64,000 nt of DNA from assembly GCA_947507875.1 (NCBI GenBank), contig CANNQP010000003.1, forward strand, positions 132,299-196,298, read 5' to 3'. Positions 43,806 to 52,723 of the stretch are shown here, piece by piece (within the stretch, counting starts at the first letter, position 1; each line of letters starts with the position of its first letter). The notes beneath the pieces were generated by a model that worked only from the letters and a program-made list of their open reading frames with translations, was not told where the DNA came from and made no database searches. This stretch comes from Verrucomicrobiaceae bacterium. GTDB lineage: Bacteria > Verrucomicrobiota > Verrucomicrobiia > Verrucomicrobiales > Verrucomicrobiaceae. The translations under genes were made by a program, and so were the position numbers.

Positions 43806-46466
43806 TCAGGCCACCGCACTGACATCCAGCTTCACGAAGTTGAGCAACTCCTCGGCACTCATCTCGGCGAGCATTTGCTCTGCCCCAGCACCATCACCCA
43901 CCAGGTCTTGCGCGAGGGATAGCTTGTCATCAAGGAGAGCATCAATGCGCTGCTCGATGGTGCCTTGGCAGATGAATTTGTGGACGATGACGTTCTTTTG
44001 CTGGCCGATGCGGAAGGCGCGGTCGGTGGCCTGGTTTTCGACGGCGGGGTTCCACCAGCGGTCAAAGTGGATGACGTGGCTGGCCGCGGTGAGGTTGAGG
44101 CCGGTGCCACCGGCTTTGACGCTGATCACCATGAAGGGCGGGCCGCCGGGCTGCTGGAAGGCTTCCACGAGCTCGGGGCGCTTTTTCACGCTGGTGCCGC
44201 CGTGCAGGATGAGGCCCTCGCGGCCAAACACGGTGCTCAGGTAGCGGGCGAGCGGATCGCAGGTTTCCTGGAATTGCGTGAAGATGAGGGCGCGCTCGCG
44301 TTTCTCGGCGAGGTCGCCGCAGATCTCAGCAAGGCGGGCGAATTTGCCACTATCGACGGGAGCCCACGCACCGTCGCCGTTCCAATGGCTGGGGTGGTTG
44401 CAGACTTGCTTGAACTTGAGCAGGAAGCCGAGCACGAGGCCTTGTCGCTGGATGGGCTCCATCTGTTTGTCGGCGAGCATCTTGGCGAGTTGATCGACGA
44501 GCTTCGCGTAAATCGTCGCCTGACGTTTCGTTAGGCCGCAGAAAGCTTTCAACTCGATCTTGTCCGGCAGATCGGTGATGATGCGGCGATCCGTCTTCAT
44601 GCGGCGCAGGATGTAGGGCCGCACGAGGCGACGCAGCGGCGCGTAGCCTTTGCTGGACTTCGCACAGTGTTTCACGGCATCGGCAAAGGCCGCGCTGCCG
44701 CCGAGCAGGCCGGGATTGAGGAAATCGAAGAGGCTCCAAAGATCGCCGGGTCGGTTTTCGACCGGTGTACCGGTCAAAGCGATGCGCACGGGTGCCTGCA
44801 AAGCCTTCACCGCCTTCGCGGAGCCGCTGCCGCTGTTTTTGATGGCCTGCGCTTCATCGAGAATCACCATGCTCCAGGCGTGCGAGAGCCATGCGTCGGT
44901 CTTTTGCAGGAATTGATAGGTCGTGAGCATCACATCAAAGCCACGCAAGGCTTCCGCCGGATGTGTCGCGGCCAACGCGAGCGTTTCGCGATCGGTCTGC
45001 GAGGGATGCGCGATGAAGAGTCGTAGATCAGGCGCGAACTTCGCGACTTCGGCTTTCCAGTTTCCGATCAATGAAGCGGGCACGATCAGCAACGCAGGAG
45101 CGCGGAGCCCCTCTCCCGCCTTCTTTGCCAAAAGCAGTGCGATCACCTGCACCGTCTTCCCAAGGCCCATGTCATCGGCGAGGCAGGCTCCGAGGCCCAT
45201 CTGCGTCATGAACTTCAACCATGCGAAACCTTGGCGCTGATACGGACGCAGCGTCGCGCGCAGATTTTCGGGCGGAGAGGCTTCTTCGGGGTTTTGGAGC
45301 TTCTGCAGTACTTCGGCGAGTTTTTCGCCGACGACGACGGTACTCCATTCGGGCACGACTTCGGCCACATCGTCTTCGGCAGCCGTTTTGACCTCGCCAA
45401 AGCCTGCGAGGAGTCGCATGCCGTCGAGAAAGCCGATACCGCCCTCGCCAGTGGCGTTTTGCACGCGTTTCCAGTGCGCCATGACCTGCTGCAATTTTTC
45501 GCCATCGACCTCGACCCACTTGCCTCGCAGTGAAACGAGCCCCGTGTCGGCGCTGAGCAGCTTTTCGAGCTCCGCAGGCGTCAGCGGCTCGCCATCGAGG
45601 CTTTGCTCGATCTTGAAGCTGAGCAGCGTCCCGGCATGCAGCGAGGTCTTCTTCGGCGCATCAATCGTCACCGCGACGGTGGGACGCGAGGTCTTGCCGG
45701 CCTTCCACCAGTCCGGCAGCTTCATGATGATGCCGCATTCTTGAAATACGGTGGTCTCGCGTAGCACTCGGTAAGCCTCTTGCGGCGACATCGCCATCGG
45801 TTGGAAGAGTCGCTTCGATTCGAGCCACTCGCGCAGCAGCTTCGATTTGTCCGCCGCGAGCCTCACGGGCTCCAGCAGCGCATTCAGCGCCGTTTGATCT
45901 TTCTGCCCCGCATAAAGCTGAAGCGCCCGCGCCAGCGGCAGATGCTGCGGCTGGCCGGTAGCGCCGAGTTTCTCCGTGAAGGTCGCGAGGAAGGCAAAGG
46001 GACGTAGCGTGTCCGTCTTGTTCTCCGCGAGGTGAAAGCTCACGCGACCGACCGCATGCCACGCCGGGCATTCCTCGCGCAGCCAGGCCGCCACGTTTCC
46101 ACCAGCTACTGCTGCGAGATGCTGAGCTAACTCTTGCCAGAGCCTAACGAGCAGTTCTGGCGTTAAGTGTTCGGCACCTGGAAAACACGGCGCTGCGGCG
46201 AGCAAGACTTCTGCTTCTTCGCCGGACAAAGCCGGGACGTGCAGGGCATCCAACGTTTGGCAAAGGCGCGCGAAAAAAGCCCGAGCCAGTTCGCGCAGCC
46301 AGCGCCAGCTGGGTTCCAGTTCAGCCGTGAGCCAATCGGTCGCCAGTAGGTGCAAACAGCCAGCGACACCTTTCGTCGAGACCAATCGCCGATCCTCCGG
46401 CGTGTTTGGTTTTCCTTCCCAAACCCAAGCGCCTTCGGGAGTTAAAACTGGGCTGAGGGTGAGCAT
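43806..46466 (-). CDS. SNF2-family DEAD/DEAH-box helicase with an N-terminal bacterial SNF2-associated (DUF3670-like) region
   Basis: 886 aa. Motif I is 'LADDMGLGKTVQVIALL' and motif II is 'VILDEAQAIKNSGS'. The helicase-C region contains 'ALIFTQFQE', 'GGTGLNLTAASHVIHFDRWWNPAVENQATDRAFRIGQ'. The N-terminal region contains 'LVSLRGKWVEVDGEKL'. Confidence 0.9.
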   Translation of the reverse strand: MLTLSPVLTPEGAWVWEGKPNTPEDRRLVSTKGVAGCLHLLATDWLTAELEPSWRWLRELARAFFARLCQTLDALHVPALSGEEAEVLLAAAPCFPGAEHLTPELLVRLWQELAQHLAAVAGGNVAAWLREECPAWHAVGRVSFHLAENKTDTLRPFAFLATFTEKLGATGQPQHLPLARALQLYAGQKDQTALNALLEPVRLAADKSKLLREWLESKRLFQPMAMSPQEAYRVLRETTVFQECGIIMKLPDWWKAGKTSRPTVAVTIDAPKKTSLHAGTLLSFKIEQSLDGEPLTPAELEKLLSADTGLVSLRGKWVEVDGEKLQQVMAHWKRVQNATGEGGIGFLDGMRLLAGFGEVKTAAEDDVAEVVPEWSTVVVGEKLAEVLQKLQNPEEASPPENLRATLRPYQRQGFAWLKFMTQMGLGACLADDMGLGKTVQVIALLLAKKAGEGLRAPALLIVPASLIGNWKAEVAKFAPDLRLFIAHPSQTDRETLALAATHPAEALRGFDVMLTTYQFLQKTDAWLSHAWSMVILDEAQAIKNSGSGSAKAVKALQAPVRIALTGTPVENRPGDLWSLFDFLNPGLLGGSAAFADAVKHCAKSSKGYAPLRRLVRPYILRRMKTDRRIITDLPDKIELKAFCGLTKRQATIYAKLVDQLAKMLADKQMEPIQRQGLVLGFLLKFKQVCNHPSHWNGDGAWAPVDSGKFARLAEICGDLAEKRERALIFTQFQETCDPLARYLSTVFGREGLILHGGTSVKKRPELVEAFQQPGGPPFMVISVKAGGTGLNLTAASHVIHFDRWWNPAVENQATDRAFRIGQQKNVIVHKFICQGTIEQRIDALLDDKLSLAQDLVGDGAGAEQMLAEMSAEELLNFVKLDVSAVA

Positions 46467-46481
46467 GCGCGGAGGCTTGGA

Positions 46482-47132
46482 TTACCAAGCAAAGGAAAGC
46501 CGAATTCCAATTTTGCCAGCCAGGATGTAGGCTGGCTCAGCATCGAAAAAGGGCTGCGCGCTGCCAAAGGTCAGCCTTTTTTCCAAAGGCATGGTATCGT
46601 CGGCACGATTCCAAAGCACGAGGCAAGCAAGGTCCGTGTGGCGGCTGCGGTAAACGATGCCATCAAAACGGCTGGGATGCCGTGCGATGCGCTCTGCCCA
46701 GAGCTGCGGCAGCTGCAAATCCGTGGCGTAGAGGGTTCCAGCATCAATGCCCAAAGCGAGTCTCGTTTCAGGCTGTGTGAGATCGCAGAGGCGGAGAGCC
46801 TCGGGCAGGCCCGTCGTCTGGAGGTAGTTCCAACGCAGCGCCTGCTGACGTGGGATGACGTAGAGTTCATCGCCATTAGCGCGCTGAGCGGCAAAGCGGT
46901 CTCCCCACACTTCAGCGACGGTGGTTTCCTGGTCCACGGCCAGATAAACGCAGGGGAAATCCCCCGAGATTGGGGTCAATCGTGAGCCCTTGGAGGCAAA
47001 GAACTGGGAAGGAAACTCGACTCGGCAGAGGCGATGCCAACCCAGCGTGGCCCACATCCCAGGAGACCTGATGGGCAATGCGATCTCATCAAACCGTGTC
47101 TGGTCAGGTGGCTGGCGTAGGTCCCGCGTCAT
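46482..47132 (-). CDS. RES-domain toxin (NAD+-targeting MbcT/Res family)
   Basis: 216 aa. 'GSRLTPISGDFPCVYLAVDQETTVAEV' and 'FDGIVYRSRHTDLACLVLWN' match the RES domain pattern. It lies 6 nt downstream of the antitoxin gene. Confidence 0.8.
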   Translation of the reverse strand: MTRDLRQPPDQTRFDEIALPIRSPGMWATLGWHRLCRVEFPSQFFASKGSRLTPISGDFPCVYLAVDQETTVAEVWGDRFAAQRANGDELYVIPRQQALRWNYLQTTGLPEALRLCDLTQPETRLALGIDAGTLYATDLQLPQLWAERIARHPSRFDGIVYRSRHTDLACLVLWNRADDTMPLEKRLTFGSAQPFFDAEPAYILAGKIGIRLSFAW

Positions 47133-47138
47133 GCTGAC

Positions 47139-47723
47139 TTAGCGTGCATCTGCCTCCACCGCAGCGAGGACTGAGTCCAACTGACCTTGGCGAAGGGCAA
47201 GCAGGGGTGTTTTCCCGCCCGTGAGGGGATGCGCCTGAAGGAGGAAGGCAAACGCGGCCAAGGGGCTGTCATCGAGATGATCACGCACAGCAGCGAGCAC
47301 CTCAGGCAGTCCTGGCAACAAACCTCCCTCTGGGCGAAACTGCCAGACTGGAACGAGGTAATCGCCACCACCAGAACGGTAGGCCAAGACCTTACCTTGG
47401 CGAATCTGGTGGGCCAAAGCCTGCCGCGTGACGGGCTGAGGTTTGCGAAAGAGATAACGAGCCTTTTCTACGCCAACACAGCCACCCTCTTCAGCCAGCA
47501 GGACAGTCAGGCCTTCATCTGAAGTGGCATGCCCCTCCGCTACTTGTGCTGGCAGCCGCTCCCGGATGACATCTCCCATCAGGGCACTCACGCGCCCCAG
47601 ACTGAGCCCGAGCTGAAGGCCTGCATTCAGGAGTGCACGGATTTGCCCTCCCAAGACTTCGGTGACGGGAACACTAGGGCTGAGCACAGCAGCCTCTTGA
47701 AGTTTGTTTTCTGTAATGCTCAT
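47139..47723 (-). CDS. Xre/MbcA/ParS-type antitoxin (C-terminal DUF2384 toxin-binding domain)
   Basis: 194 aa. The C-terminus 'LLQAHPLTGGKTPLLALRQGQLDSVLAAVEA' matches the DUF2384 motif. The central part 'VTRQALAHQIRQGKVLAYRSGG' is HTH-like. Confidence 0.7.
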   Translation of the reverse strand: MSITENKLQEAAVLSPSVPVTEVLGGQIRALLNAGLQLGLSLGRVSALMGDVIRERLPAQVAEGHATSDEGLTVLLAEEGGCVGVEKARYLFRKPQPVTRQALAHQIRQGKVLAYRSGGGDYLVPVWQFRPEGGLLPGLPEVLAAVRDHLDDSPLAAFAFLLQAHPLTGGKTPLLALRQGQLDSVLAAVEADAR

Positions 47724-47784
47724 GAGGTTATTTTCCCAATTTACCTTCTTTTTTCAAGCATCTTTTGGAAAAAACCTTTGGCGA

Positions 47785-48927
47785 TTAGCCCTGTTGCTGA
47801 ATGTGTCGAGCGCAACTGAGGATCTCCTGGGCCGCGCGGTGGATCTCATCAGGTGTCGTTAGTCGGGACAAGGACAGCCGAAGTGTGCTGGCTGCCGAGG
47901 CAGCATCGCATCCCATCGCCTCCAAAACGTGCGAGGGATGCAACGACGCCGTGTGACAGGCTGAGCCTCCTGAACAGGCAATGCCCCGCTGGTCGAGCCG
48001 GATGAGCATCGCCGCCGCATCGACTCCTGGCAGACAGAGGCTGCACGTGCCAGGCAGGCGCGGGGCCGCAGCACCATGCACCCGAGCCCCAGACCAGCCC
48101 AAGAGCAGGACACTTTCTAGAGCATCTCTCAGGGCCGACATCTGCTTTTCACCACCAGCCGCGAGCCAGTCAGAAGCCATGAAGGCCGCATGCCCCATGC
48201 CGAGAATGCCAGGCACATTTTCTGTGCCACTGCGTCGGCCTGCCTCTTGCCCACCACCGACCAGCAGCGGCCGAAAGGGCACCCTACGATTTACAAAAAG
48301 CGCTCCCACGCCCTGAGGCCCATGCATTTTATGACTGCTAATGCTGAGGTAATCGACAGGCACCGCGCTTACATCCAGGGGCATCTTTCCCGCCACTTGG
48401 ACTGCATCCGCATGCACCAAAACGCCGGCAGCGTGACAGAGCTCCACGACGCGCGCCATCGGCGTTATCACGCCCGTCTCATTGTTGCCCCAAATGAAGG
48501 AGGCAAGCGCCACACGCCCTGCCTTCAACTCAGATTCCAGCACTTCCACATTCAATAAGCCCTGGGCATCGACAGGGATCAGGCGCACCTCTCCGCCCTG
48601 GGCCTGCCAGCGCTCGGCAGCCTCCAAGCCTGCGGCGTGCTCGACTTGGCTCGTGATCAGCACGGGCCGGTCGGTCCATTCCGCTTGGGCAAATGATAGC
48701 ACGGCGTTGATCGCCTCCGTGGCCCCGCTGGTGAACACAATCTCCTCCGGCTGGGCCTGCAAAAGAGCCGCCACCTGCGCCCTGGCCGACTCAACAGCAC
48801 GCCGGGCACGGCGGCCTGCGCTGTGGGCGGAGGAGGGATTCCCGAACCGCTCGCGCATCCAGGGCAGCATGGCCTCGATCACCTCGGGCAGCAGAGGAGT
48901 GGTGGCATTCGCATCCAGATAAATCAT
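47785..48927 (-). CDS. Cysteine desulfurase (NifS/IscS class V aminotransferase)
   Basis: 'MIYLDANATTPLLPEVIEAM...FGNPSSAHSAGR' and 'LSISSHKMHGPQGVGALFV' (the PLP Lys) are seen. ATG 48927 was preferred over the TTG at 48939. Confidence 0.85.
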   Translation of the reverse strand: MIYLDANATTPLLPEVIEAMLPWMRERFGNPSSAHSAGRRARRAVESARAQVAALLQAQPEEIVFTSGATEAINAVLSFAQAEWTDRPVLITSQVEHAAGLEAAERWQAQGGEVRLIPVDAQGLLNVEVLESELKAGRVALASFIWGNNETGVITPMARVVELCHAAGVLVHADAVQVAGKMPLDVSAVPVDYLSISSHKMHGPQGVGALFVNRRVPFRPLLVGGGQEAGRRSGTENVPGILGMGHAAFMASDWLAAGGEKQMSALRDALESVLLLGWSGARVHGAAAPRLPGTCSLCLPGVDAAAMLIRLDQRGIACSGGSACHTASLHPSHVLEAMGCDAASAASTLRLSLSRLTTPDEIHRAAQEILSCARHIQQQG

Positions 48928-49086
48928 GGCACACGACAATAGGGCAGCTTTTTGGAATGATGCATCGGTTTAGCGGCTCCGAGATCGAACGCTGCTTCAA
49001 AAAACCCTCAAATCTCGCCTTTTCCATGGCATGCCCCAATTCTAGCGTTTAGAAAGACGCCCGCCTCGGCGGTCACAAAAGAATCT

Positions 49087-50940
49087 ATGTGCGGCATTGT
49101 AGGTTATATCGGCAAGCGGCAGGCCAGCCCTATCCTCCTGGATGGGCTGAGTCGGCTGGAGTATCGTGGCTATGACTCAGCAGGCATCGCCCTGCTGAAC
49201 GGCGCGCCCCAAGTCAACATCATCAAAAAGGCAGGGCGCATCGACAACCTGCGTCAAGCTGTCGCGGAAGTCAGCCACGCCGGGGCCACTGGGATTGCCC
49301 ACACGCGTTGGGCCACTCACGGTGCGCCCACGGATGAAAACGCCCACCCCCACCGCGATCAAAGCGGCAAGCTGGTGCTCGTCCACAATGGCGTGATCGA
49401 GAACTATCAAAGCCTGAGAGAGCAGCTCACTGCCAAAGGCCATTCCTTTGAATCTCAGACCGATACGGAAGTTTTAGCTCACCTGGTGGGCACCTACTAC
49501 GATGCTAGCGATGAAACCGACGGGGCCACACGCCTGCGCAATGCCGTGCAGAGCGCCCTGCGCAAGGTCAAAGGCACGTATGGCATCGCCGTGCTCCACG
49601 CCGACGTGCCGGGCGTGATCGTCGGGGCACGCCTCGGCAGCCCACTGGTCGTGGGCCTCGGCGAAGGCGAGCACTACCTCGCCTCGGACGTGAGCGCCAT
49701 CGTCGCCCACACGCGTGATGTCGTTTACCTGAACGATCACGATGTCGTCAGCCTGAGCAGCGAGCGTTTTGACGTGACCAGCATGGCCGGCGGCGATGCC
49801 CAGGTGAAAGTCAGCCGTGTGGAATTCACCGCCGATGATGCCGAGAAGGGTGATTTCCCGCATTACATGCTGAAGGAGATCTACGAGCAACCGCAGAGCC
49901 TCCGCAATGCCCTGCGTGGACGACTTTCCCGCGATGAGGCCACCGCGATCCTGGGTGGCCTGAACATGAGCCCACAGGAGCTGCGCGGCATCGACCGCAT
50001 CATCCTCAGTGGCTGCGGCACGGCCTTCCACGCCGCGATGGTTGGCGAGTATGTCATCGAAACCCTCGCGCGCGTGCCGACTGAGGTCGAAATCGCCTCC
50101 GAGTTCCGCTACCGCAACGTCCCTGCTGACAAAAACACGCTCCAATTTGTGCTGAGCCAGAGCGGCGAGACGATCGACACCCTAGCTGCTCTGCGGGAAG
50201 CACGGCGCAAAGGCATCCGCTGCCTCGGCATTGTGAACAGCGTCGGCAGCACCATCGCCCGAGAAAGCGACGGCGGCTGCTACATCCACGCCGGGCCAGA
50301 GATCGGGGTCGCGGCCACCAAGACCTTCACCTCGACGGTCGCCGTGCTCTCCCTGCTCGGCATGCTTTTCGGCCGCATCCACCACCTCAGCAGCGCCGAC
50401 GGCCTGGAGATGATTGACGAGCTCGAAGCCATCCCTGACAAAATCACCTCGATCCTGAAGCAGGCTGACAAGATCAAAGCCATCGCTGAAAAGCACTGCA
50501 ACGCCGAGGGCATGCTCTTCATGGGTCGCCAAGCGAACTACCCTGTCGCCATGGAGGGTGCGCTAAAGATGAAAGAGATCAGCTACATCTACGCCAGCGG
50601 TCACCCCAGTGCCGAGCTAAAGCACGGCATCATCGCCCTCGTGAAACCGGACATGCCCAGCGTGTTCATTGCCCCCGACGACGCTGTCTTCGACAAAAAC
50701 GTCAGCAACATCGAAGAGGTCTTGGCGCGCAAAGGCCCTGTCATCGCCGTCACCACCGAAGGCCGCACCGAGCTCGAACGCCTCACGGAGGACGTCATCT
50801 ACGTGCCGGACAGCCCAAGCTACCTCAGCCCGCTGCTCACCGTCATTCCACTTCAGCTTTTCAGCTACTACACCGCCGTCGCCCGCGGCTGCGATGTCGA
50901 TAAGCCACGCAACCTGGCGAAAAGTGTGACCGTGGAGTGA
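49087..50940 (+). CDS. glmS: Glutamine--fructose-6-phosphate aminotransferase (isomerising)
   Basis: 617 aa. The protein begins 'MCGIVGYIGKRQASPILLDGLSRLEYRGYDSAGIA' and ends '...DKPRNLAKSVTVE', both canonical. Confidence 0.97.
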   Translation: MCGIVGYIGKRQASPILLDGLSRLEYRGYDSAGIALLNGAPQVNIIKKAGRIDNLRQAVAEVSHAGATGIAHTRWATHGAPTDENAHPHRDQSGKLVLVHNGVIENYQSLREQLTAKGHSFESQTDTEVLAHLVGTYYDASDETDGATRLRNAVQSALRKVKGTYGIAVLHADVPGVIVGARLGSPLVVGLGEGEHYLASDVSAIVAHTRDVVYLNDHDVVSLSSERFDVTSMAGGDAQVKVSRVEFTADDAEKGDFPHYMLKEIYEQPQSLRNALRGRLSRDEATAILGGLNMSPQELRGIDRIILSGCGTAFHAAMVGEYVIETLARVPTEVEIASEFRYRNVPADKNTLQFVLSQSGETIDTLAALREARRKGIRCLGIVNSVGSTIARESDGGCYIHAGPEIGVAATKTFTSTVAVLSLLGMLFGRIHHLSSADGLEMIDELEAIPDKITSILKQADKIKAIAEKHCNAEGMLFMGRQANYPVAMEGALKMKEISYIYASGHPSAELKHGIIALVKPDMPSVFIAPDDAVFDKNVSNIEEVLARKGPVIAVTTEGRTELERLTEDVIYVPDSPSYLSPLLTVIPLQLFSYYTAVARGCDVDKPRNLAKSVTVE

Positions 50941-51195
50941 CCTCCCGCTCGACCTCCATGATTTGGCGGGGGACAAAAGCTCGTTCACTGCCGTGTGTCT
51001 TGTCCTGAACGTCCTAGTTCATCGGCACTCTGGACAACGCCGCCGTCAACCTACCGCCTAGCAGTCCAATGCCCAAAGCCTGAGAGGGACAAAATCGCCG
51101 TTTGACTTCCACCACATCTCCCCGGACATATCATCGCATCTTGATACGTTGATTTGTTACTCTTACCCCAAACCTGAACCCACCCACGCCCACCT

Positions 51196-52599
51196 ATGAG
51201 CGACTACAAAGTCAAAGACATCGCCCTAGCCGACTTCGGCCGCAAGGAACTCGACATCGCTGAGAGCGAAATGCCCGGCCTCATGGCCACCCGCGAGAAG
51301 TATGGCCCGAAGAAGCCCCTCGCTGGTGTCCGCATCACCGGCTCCCTCCACATGACCATTCAAACGGGCGTGCTCATCGAGACGCTGAAGGAACTCGGTG
51401 CCGACGTCCGCTGGGCCTCCTGTAACATTTTCTCTACCCAGGACCACGCCGCAGCCGCCATCGCTGCCTCCGGCACACCCGTCTTTGCCTGGAAGGGCGA
51501 AACGCTGGAAGAATACTGGTGGTGCACCTGGCAGGCCATCATGTTCCCCGGCAACAAAGGCCCACAGCTCATCGTCGATGACGGCGGCGACGTGACCCTT
51601 CTCATCCACAAGGGCTATGAAATGGAAAACGGCGACAAGTGGGTCGAGACCCCCTCCGACAACCACGAAGTGAAAGTCATCAAGGACCTGCTCAAGGACA
51701 TCGCCAAGAAGCAGCCCGGCATCTTCCACGAGATCGTCAAGGAGCTGAAGGGCGTCTCCGAAGAGACCACCACCGGCGTGCATCGCCTCTATGAAATGGC
51801 GAAGGCTGGCAAGCTGCTCTTCCCCGCCATCAACGTGAACGACAGCGTCACGAAGTCCAAGTTCGACAACCTTTACGGCTGCCGCGAATCCCTGCTCGAC
51901 GGCATCAAGCGTGCCACCGACGTCATGATCGCCGGCAAAGTCGGCGTTGTCTGCGGCTACGGTGACGTGGGTAAAGGCTGCGCCTTCGCCCTCCGCGGCA
52001 TGGGTGCCCAGGTCATCGTGACCGAAATCGACCCCGTGTGCGCCCTTCAGGCCGCCATGGAAGGCTTCCGCGTCATGCCCATCGAGGATACCCTTGGCTG
52101 GGGCGACATCTACGTCACCACCACCGGCAACAAGGACATCATCCGCCTGGAGCACATGGAAAAGATGAAGGACCAGGCCATCGTCTGCAACATCGGCCAT
52201 TTCGACAACGAGATCCAAGTCGATAAGCTCAACGAGCGCCAAGACGTCAAGCGCCTCAACATCAAGCCGCAGGTGGACAAATACACCTTCCCGGCCGGCA
52301 ACAGCATCTTCATGCTCGCCGAAGGCCGCCTCGTGAACCTCGGCTGCGCCACCGGCCACCCGAGCTTCGTGATGAGCAACAGCTTCACCAACCAGTGCCT
52401 CGCACAGATCGACCTCTGGGAAAACAAGGACAATCGCCCCATTGGCGTCACGGTCCTGCCGAAGAAGCTCGATGAAGAAGTCGCCCGCCTCCACCTTGCG
52501 AAGATCGGCGTCAAGCTCACCGTCCTCACCAAAGACCAGGCCGACTACATTGGCGTGCCTGTCGATGGCCCCTACAAGACGGATCACTACCGTTACTAA
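51196..52599 (+). CDS. ahcY: Adenosylhomocysteinase
   Basis: 467 aa. Motifs are '[27 protein letters not shown]', '[12 protein letters not shown]' and the terminal 'YKTDHYRY'. Confidence 0.97.
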   Translation: MSDYKVKDIALADFGRKELDIAESEMPGLMATREKYGPKKPLAGVRITGSLHMTIQTGVLIETLKELGADVRWASCNIFSTQDHAAAAIAASGTPVFAWKGETLEEYWWCTWQAIMFPGNKGPQLIVDDGGDVTLLIHKGYEMENGDKWVETPSDNHEVKVIKDLLKDIAKKQPGIFHEIVKELKGVSEETTTGVHRLYEMAKAGKLLFPAINVNDSVTKSKFDNLYGCRESLLDGIKRATDVMIAGKVGVVCGYGDVGKGCAFALRGMGAQVIVTEIDPVCALQAAMEGFRVMPIEDTLGWGDIYVTTTGNKDIIRLEHMEKMKDQAIVCNIGHFDNEIQVDKLNERQDVKRLNIKPQVDKYTFPAGNSIFMLAEGRLVNLGCATGHPSFVMSNSFTNQCLAQIDLWENKDNRPIGVTVLPKKLDEEVARLHLAKIGVKLTVLTKDQADYIGVPVDGPYKTDHYRY

Positions 52600-52670
52600 T
52601 GAGCCATCACTCTCCGAGTGATGAGCCCTCCCCCAAGCGCGTCCGGTCGAAAGGCCGGGCGCGTTTTTTT
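52581..52670 (+). repeat. Direct-repeat copy A: the last codons of ahcY, a 7-bp hairpin (52606-52622) and the terminator
   Basis: This segment aligns by eye at roughly 90% identity with 61274-61364. A further 20-nt piece, 52452-52471 'ggtcctgccgaagaagctcg', matches 61254-61273 'gatcctgccgaagaagctcg'. Confidence 0.85.
52637..52670 (+). terminator. Rho-independent terminator of ahcY
   Basis: The stem 'cgcgtccggtc' / 'ggccgggcgcg' has 11 bp including two G-U pairs, with a GAAA loop, followed by TTTTTTT. Confidence 0.75.
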
Positions 52671-52723
52671 GACCCCATTCCAACAACCGCCATACGCCAT
52701 CATGGTGCACGTGATGAGCCCCC

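Noticed and set aside
39600-46466. A canonical Zorya system (ZorA/ZorB plus an SNF2-like ZorD)
   Set aside because: The MotA-like protein has only a short tail. Neither partner has a ZorB-type peptidoglycan-binding domain, and no ZorC-like gene is present. The SNF2 protein is the common DUF3670 type and is separated from the trio by a 277-bp promoter-like gap. I kept this only as an analogy in the findings.
48940-49086. A possible glmS ribozyme upstream of glmS
   Set aside because: Only 147 nt are available, and I cannot find the conserved glmS ribozyme core segments or pseudoknot pairings by eye. The element is mainly known from Firmicutes and a few other groups. An Infernal scan with RF00234 would settle the question.
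50941-51195. A possible SAH riboswitch in the 255-nt leader of ahcY
   Set aside because: The context is right, but I could not locate the conserved SAH-riboswitch core or a convincing pseudoknotted hairpin. Only a weak 'aacgccgcc' resemblance is present. An Infernal scan with RF01057 would be decisive.
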